DNA of 63,026 nt, the filler included, from Pelomyxa schiedti (Eukaryota; Protista; Evosea): NCBI GenBank assembly GCA_020536535.1. It is 10 parts of 10 records of this genome, joined end to end, with 100 filler letters (N's around TTAATTAATTAA, not from the genome) between each part and the next. Parts side by side here need not be neighbours in the genome. Positions count along the whole stretch, not along the records: positions 53,198 to 63,026 come from JAHLWZ010001283.1; 9 more parts are not named here. One strand, written 5' to 3'. Positions 57,001 through 63,026 of the stretch are shown here, piece after piece. Positions within the stretch are counted from its first letter, which is position 1. Each line of letters begins with the position of its first letter. The notes under the pieces are model-generated. The model saw nothing but the letters and a program-made list of their open reading frames with translations. It was not told the DNA's origin and made no database searches. The translations under genes and the position numbers were made by a program.

Positions 57001-60000
57001 GAGAGTCTGCTTGGGGTTGTGCAATACTGTTCTCACAAAGAAGAGAAACAGCACAAGTGAAGACCCTTGTGATGCCAAAGGTATTCTTTGGGGAATAACA
57101 GGACAGCATTGTTCGACAACATCAGGATATTGAAAGACAGATAACGGCTCTAACTGCAACTGTCAATATCACAGAGATGGATAAGTTCCCGGTAACCAAC
57201 TACATAATGTGTGCAGAAGCTCTGTAAATACTGGAACATCAATCACCTGCAACTGGAGCTGCACCAGTCGGTGTAGCAATGTCACAGGTAGCCTGACGAT
57301 AAAAATAAAACCCCCGAGATAGTTCGCATAAAGTGTGCCACAGGGAATCAGTACTGAGTGCTTGACTTTCAGGAATGTTCGAGTGTTTGGAAAAACTTGT
57401 TGAAGATGTCTCATCACCTGATTTACTCCGACGCTGAAGCGGCAATTGATTGGTTAAATTGGTGGTAAGGCTGTCGCCAGAAGCCGGAAAAGGTTCCGAG
57501 GTGAGGAATTCGTGGTCTTGCTCAATTTGGCTAAGCAGAGCTGCCAGTCAGATAAGGAGTTCATCAGCAAATACTTGTGCCCAAGTTCTATCAAAGAGAA
57601 CAGAGACAGAGAAAGGAGTTGTCAGATAACCACAGTTGTGCTCGGTATTAATAATCAACAAGACCCATTGAGAATAACTGCAGCAGGGAAACATTTTTCC
57701 ATGGTGATTTCGTAAAGTGAATCAATTCAATCAGCTGGGATACTGTGTCTCTCGAGTTCTGTGAAGTATTGGCTAAATGCTTGATGGTGATACTTGAGTT
57801 GCCATGCCCCTTAAATCGAGAAGCGACCCCCTCTGCTGAAGGCTCCTCAGTTGGATGTGCAGATTTGATTGTCTTGTAGTATAACTGCATTTTACAGCAC
57901 CAATCACTCATAATAATAATATCGGAGCTCCAGACCTTCTCCGTTTCCATTTTGCAATCACATGTACCAAGGCAGTCGTACAGGGAGAGGGGAGAGCACT
58001 GAATGACAACATTCAGTTTTCACAAAAACTATTCCTCCTCCTATCTATCTTCAGATTCCTTGACAAAGGAGTTTAAGTGCTCTCAGCTTGTTTGAAATGA
58101 CTTCTGAGAACTCGAATATTTTCGAGTTTAAGGATCAACCACCATGTTTGAGACCAGAAGAAGTCAGTAATGGTGCTCTTATAGTATAACAAGTGTCCAC
58201 AACAAGGTTGACAACTTCACTCAAGGGTGTGGTATCTGAGGTACGCCAGTCCCAGGCTAATGAAAGCAGGGTTTCAAGGGAGCCATCTCTGCTATTGTAT
58301 CTTTTTTTTTGGGTCTTCTGTGTGCAATTTTCACAGTGCAAATTTTTTTGGTCAGCTTTACAAACGAAAAGGAGTTTTGAGTTAGGGTGGAGCATTTATT
58401 CTTTCCTGATGTCTTCCCCTAGGGTGATCAATTCTGGAATTTTGTACTGCTGGAGAATAGAAAGCAACTGTCTGTTCTTGAAATATAAGACCCCAGAAGA
58501 AAAAAAGGAAAGCGTCTAACAACAAGTTTCATCAGGAAGAACATTGATGTCGGAAAATGCCACTGCATACAGTGTTCTATTTGATCGATGACCTGAGTCT
58601 TTTCAAGGCTACTCTTGGGGTAACTTCGAAGGATCGATTTTTGGGTTTTCCATGGTTGGTGGAAATTAGGTGAGTCCTTAGTGCAGATCTTTTTTATTGA
58701 AGGCTGATACAAAAGGGGGTCACTTCTGTTCGTGATCCTCTGTCAAATATTTTTGAGACTGCGTAAACTCTTGTTGTGCTTTTCCTCAAATCTTCCATTT
58801 GTTGAATTGGAACTCTCTGATCTGTTAGTTTCAACTTGGAGGCAGCCATAAATTCAATGTCTGCATTTCTGGAATGCTTGTGAATTCAGCCAACTTTTCC
58901 TGGATGCATAGGCCTCCTTCAGGAACTGCTCACATGTTCCAGTGTTTGGACATGCCATTGCAATGGGGTAGATTATTCCTTGTGCCTGAACCTATCCATG
59001 GAGTCCAGTGCAGACTGTTATTCAATAAGAGCAAATGATTACTGTTTTGATTCATACTTCGTCCTTGGGAATGCCTGCGGCACTACTCATGGATGCCAAG
59101 GACTCCTGGAAGTCCAAGTTTAAATTGACACAATCCAGTTCCTGGAAGGACCTCAGAGGATCAGACTTTCGTGGCAAGAACCAGGCACAATCCTTGATTT
59201 CTATAATAGTTGCGGATTCTGTCGAGTTGATGTCAAAGCGTCGTCGAACTTCACGCTCATGGAATCGACAAGGAGCGCGCCAACTTGGGCGTACCTCCCG
59301 AGGTATGGCCGCAAATTTGACCAGAGGCCTCTTATTCGTGGTGCCTTTTCCAGCAATGAGAACGCCAACTCGGACCTTGCTTCTAGCCAGTGCTTGCAGT
59401 CAGGCTTGTCTTTCAGTTCATTAGAGAATCAACTTTTGGGGGACCATACATACCACCAAATGTGGTGAAACTAAACGTGGTGTCGTGTCTCCAAAGTTTT
59501 CAACAAAATGCAGAAAAGAAGACCGGGTGACCGTGCGAAGACTCGGCGACTCAAGGCCCACCTGTGTCCCCTTTATGCGGTAACGGGACCATCACCACTA
59601 GTGGACGACGCACGCCTTGCAGATTCGGGTTTGGTACTGAACAAGAAGAAGCCTCTTTTTGGAATTCGTGTGGCAGAAAACCTCCGAAGAGCAGGATCTG
59701 ACTGGAGCGGTATTCCTTCGTCCACACTTAAACTCACCAAGCAGCCCAGACCAAGATCTTTGCAGCCTCCCACCCTTATTTGTCTACAAATTTGTCTACA
59801 AAAGATTGTACATACAATGACAAAGTGAAAAAAAAAACCCAACTTAACAAGAGGCCAAGTTTTTGTTCTCAATGTCTTGTGGGTGTGCCTGTGTCTGTTG
59901 AGCCAAAGGAGCGAGTGGCAATCTGCAGTGCAAAATTGCCAAGAAGTGCCCTCTCCTCAGGGTGTGCCCGGGATAGAAGATCGTAGCCCCGCTCTTTCCA

Positions 60001-62800
60001 TTCTGTAATACACTCAACAAGGGTTTGTGTTGATGATGCTGATGTAGAATGTAGATTACTGACAGCACCAGCAGCCTCCATGCCAGCATCCTGTTGCTGC
60101 GGTGACTGGCTGGGGAGCAGGGGCAGCGACAGGGGTATGCTGCTCTGCTGCAGAATCGGTACCAGCCAGGAGGGATATTCCAGGTCTGTGACAATAGTGC
60201 CAAATGTGTTGTTCCAGAATGAGGCCATGTCACACTTTTCATTGTCAGATTTACTACTGAGCCCCAGAGAAATAAGAGGTGCCAGCAAAGAAAGCTCACG
60301 GGTGTCACTGGGGACTCTGCCGGTGAGTCTCCACACGCCAAGCGCTTGCGAAGGTGCAAATCGGAGGGTCAAGTTATGGGCTAATAATTCAGGTGCTTCC
60401 AGCAGCCGGGTGATGGCCGATGTTAACCGCATCGCCGTGGGAACAGGTACTTTCCGTCTTGTCAGATCCTTGAGGCCATAAAGATACTTTGCGGTTGAGT
60501 CTAGCAGGCGCATCACGGCGAGGGGAGGTATTCCACCAGGGAGCCTCAAGTGAATAGACTCAAAGAGAATACTGTAAACCTCCAGCATCTGAACACCGTT
60601 ATTATAAAGGTTTTTGGTGGACAGAGCATACCGGCTGAACCTCCCAAACATATGAGGTGGTGGCCTCCTCAGGGCCTCCACGCGTCTCAAATGACAGTTC
60701 ATTCAGAGAATCCCAGCGTATCCTCATAAGCATGGTGTACTGCATTGCCAGTGCCATCTCAATGGCAGCCGTGCTGATCACTGTCAATTTGGCTGTTTCT
60801 GTGAGTAAGTCTACCATTTTCTCTGATATTTTTCCCTGTTTGTGTACAGTTAGTATTCAATCCTGCATGAACTCACACATACACATAGAAGGTTCCCAGA
60901 AAATAGTTCCACTGAGTAGCTGTAGAGGATTGACCACATTTCCGAGGTGTCGTTGACACTCGTGTTGATTGCGTTGGAGCTGTTGCTCCCATCCATTAGG
61001 ATTACATGAAGTGGCAAAACAAGCGTTTCTACAACGGAAGTGCCAATGTCATGTGTCAGATGAAAGTCTGTGCGTTCGATGAGCCGACACATCTTCTGAG
61101 CCAGATTTCTCCAAAGTGGAATCCAAAGTGGAAAATTGATAGCAGCCTTGTGCGCAAGCAATACCTGGGAATAGTGCCTCATAAGCAAAAACAGCTCCTT
61201 CTCTCCCATCTCCGAAGTGACGGGCAGACTTTCTACAACTGCCCTGAAAAGTTGCTGGTGCCTGATTCTCTCAGTATCACTGATTGTAGGAAACTGATCC
61301 ATCAACTGGCATGCAGTGTCCACCATAATTTGGCAACATAATGAAGTATTTTCATCAGCCCGTTGTTGCATGAGACGATCCAGAGTAGTCACTAGGGATT
61401 CAATGTATGAGTACAGCATTGTGATGATAGGAATGGGGTTGTGGGGTTGGCCAAGGCAAGGGAAGTCTTGGCATTCCTTTTGCCCTAAGAGATTATGGAG
61501 GTGTGATTCCAGGCATTTAATACAGTTCATTGCCTTCGACTCGCATGAGTTTGCGGTGGTGCATGCAATTCCAAACCGTGTGAGAAGTGATCTCCAAGTC
61601 TTTACCAGCCGTTACTTTTTCATAGTTGAAAAGTGATTGAAGTTGCTTACCAGGAGAATGCTTTCTTGCAATTTGTGTTGAGAGGGGCACCTACAAAGAG
61701 CGGATTCCAGGACACAGATTAGACTTGGCATATTTCTTTCAAGCCACTAAAAAAAAACACTTATTGTGAGTGGGAATTGTTTTTCTTTTTTTTTCAAGTG
61801 GATATGAGAACACACTCACCATTATGTCTAGTGTTTCCAGAACTGGAAAGGTTCCGCAACCGTTTAACTGTAACATTGAGCAAAGCCCGTCCATGATCTT
61901 GGTACACACTTTGCACTCCACATTCTTTGAGATGAACCTTTCCACAAATGGTGTCACTACTAGATCAAAGTGTTCTGTTAAACTTGTACATCCAATTGCC
62001 TTGAAAGAGGTTAATCATTCACTGAAAGAGTAACAAACGATAACACAGACCTTACAAATCTGCGACCATAGTTCGAAGCTGACTTCATCGTTATCCTCTG
62101 TACATGGGTTCGTAGCATCTACTGGGCCACTCGTTATTAGTGGCCGCATCAACTCTTGTACAATTGTGATGTGCAGTCTTGTGCCCTCTGGGAGGTATTT
62201 CTGGAACCTATCAACCTTTGAGGGAGCTCAGCAAGTGAAAGGAGCTGTTTTAATATTTTAGTTGTGAAGTTCGGTCATACAATATGGGACCAGCCTCTGT
62301 AGGCTTCTGTGCGAACTGCAGGGTTTGAGTGAACAAATCCAAATCTATAAAACGCCAGCAGATTCATAAGGCCCTCTGAGATCTTTCCTCCCCAGGAGGG
62401 CCACATGAGGGCCACAAGGCACGTGCATACAGATAGAAGAAACTTGTGAGTATGAGTATCAGGAGCCATCGCCCACCTGTCGCGGAAATTGTCCCTCAGT
62501 CCAAGATTCTGGGGGTTGCCACAGAACTCGCGCGTGAGAATTGTGGACACCGCCACCGGCGTCGGGAATCCTGAAAAAGCGCCCTCTATTTGTGCCAGAA
62601 CTCGAGCTGCAACACGGATGAGGTGGCCCTCCACTTTCGACAAAAGTCGAGTAAGAACGAAGGTACACCACGTTTGCGCAGTGGCCCAGGACATGTCGCG
62701 ACGTATACGGCTGATTAAGTATCCAAGAGCATTCAGCGATTCCTCGTCTACGTCATTGTCGGAGTTGCCAACTCTCCGCTCCAACACCGTGCAAACCTAA
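54040..62800 (-). pseudogene. RIF1: RIF1 (replication timing / telomere-associated) homologue with multiple lesions; 5' end outside or at the window edge
   Basis: DEESLNALGYLISR...TWCTFVLTRLL...RVAARVL and LLAFYRFGFVHSNPAVRTEAYRGWSHI..ELMRPL parallel Rif1_N. SILR at 58626-58640 and VAFSD at 58549-58563 resemble PP1 docking motifs. Frameshifts and in-frame stops occur downstream. The 3' boundary is uncertain (support is weak below about 56500). Confidence 0.65.
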
Positions 62801-63026
62801 AATTGTAAGAGTGGTGGTCTGGGAGAGGGACGTTGTGGACTGAATAGTGTTGCTGTTCTCATATGTTTGTGTTTGCTTATATAACAACTTTGTCTCAACT
62901 ATTTGCACGATACAGAGGGGGTTTATAAGGTGGGTCGGTTGGCTGGTGCCTGTTAGCTTGAACGCACTCGTTCCCGTGAATGACCATAATTAGTTGGCCA
63001 ACTTGGCGCCCAATCACCGCGGCGAG

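Noticed and set aside
55200-57500. Stop-codon reassignment to explain in-frame TGA/TAA in long frames
   Set aside because: eEF2, the polymerase, ALG3 and 300-600 aa ORFs have no internal stops and end at standard stops; frameshifts co-occur, which favours decay.

Overview
Eukaryotic draft-genome window, not prokaryotic. It consists of about ten small unrelated contigs joined by artificial 100-bp spacers (N44-TTAATTAATTAA-N44), plus two plain N100 scaffold gaps. Short GT-AG introns, compact gene spacing, an amoebozoan-type actin N-terminus and MORN-kinase/ankyrin expansions point to an amoebozoan protist. It resembles the Archamoebae (Pelomyxa-like) by my recollection only; the sequence does not prove this. 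Recognisable genes: helicase-less Pol theta-type family A DNA polymerase, Atg22/UMF1 MFS transporter, actin fragments, eEF2, MORN-repeat TKL kinase, a divergent Ras-family GTPase, a BTB-SPRY protein, ALG3, WDR7, two ankyrin-like proteins and a disrupted RIF1. Decayed elements: Ty3/gypsy, piggyBac-like transposase, xanthine dehydrogenase and phytol/farnesol kinase fragments. Most notable observations: (1) three lineage-specific proteins share an N-terminal ARxQxxA...SHxRCGA motif and a second GxSxxLxxV motif; (2) a roughly 385-bp degenerate tandem array in which each unit carries a long palindromic hairpin; (3) sharp CpG-rich to CpG-free transitions inside single exons, suggesting targeted cytosine methylation; (4) a candidate structured ncRNA near 310-650; (5) inversion chimeras and 121-bp duplications that look like amplification or assembly artefacts. 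No rRNA, tRNA or CRISPR array was found by eye.
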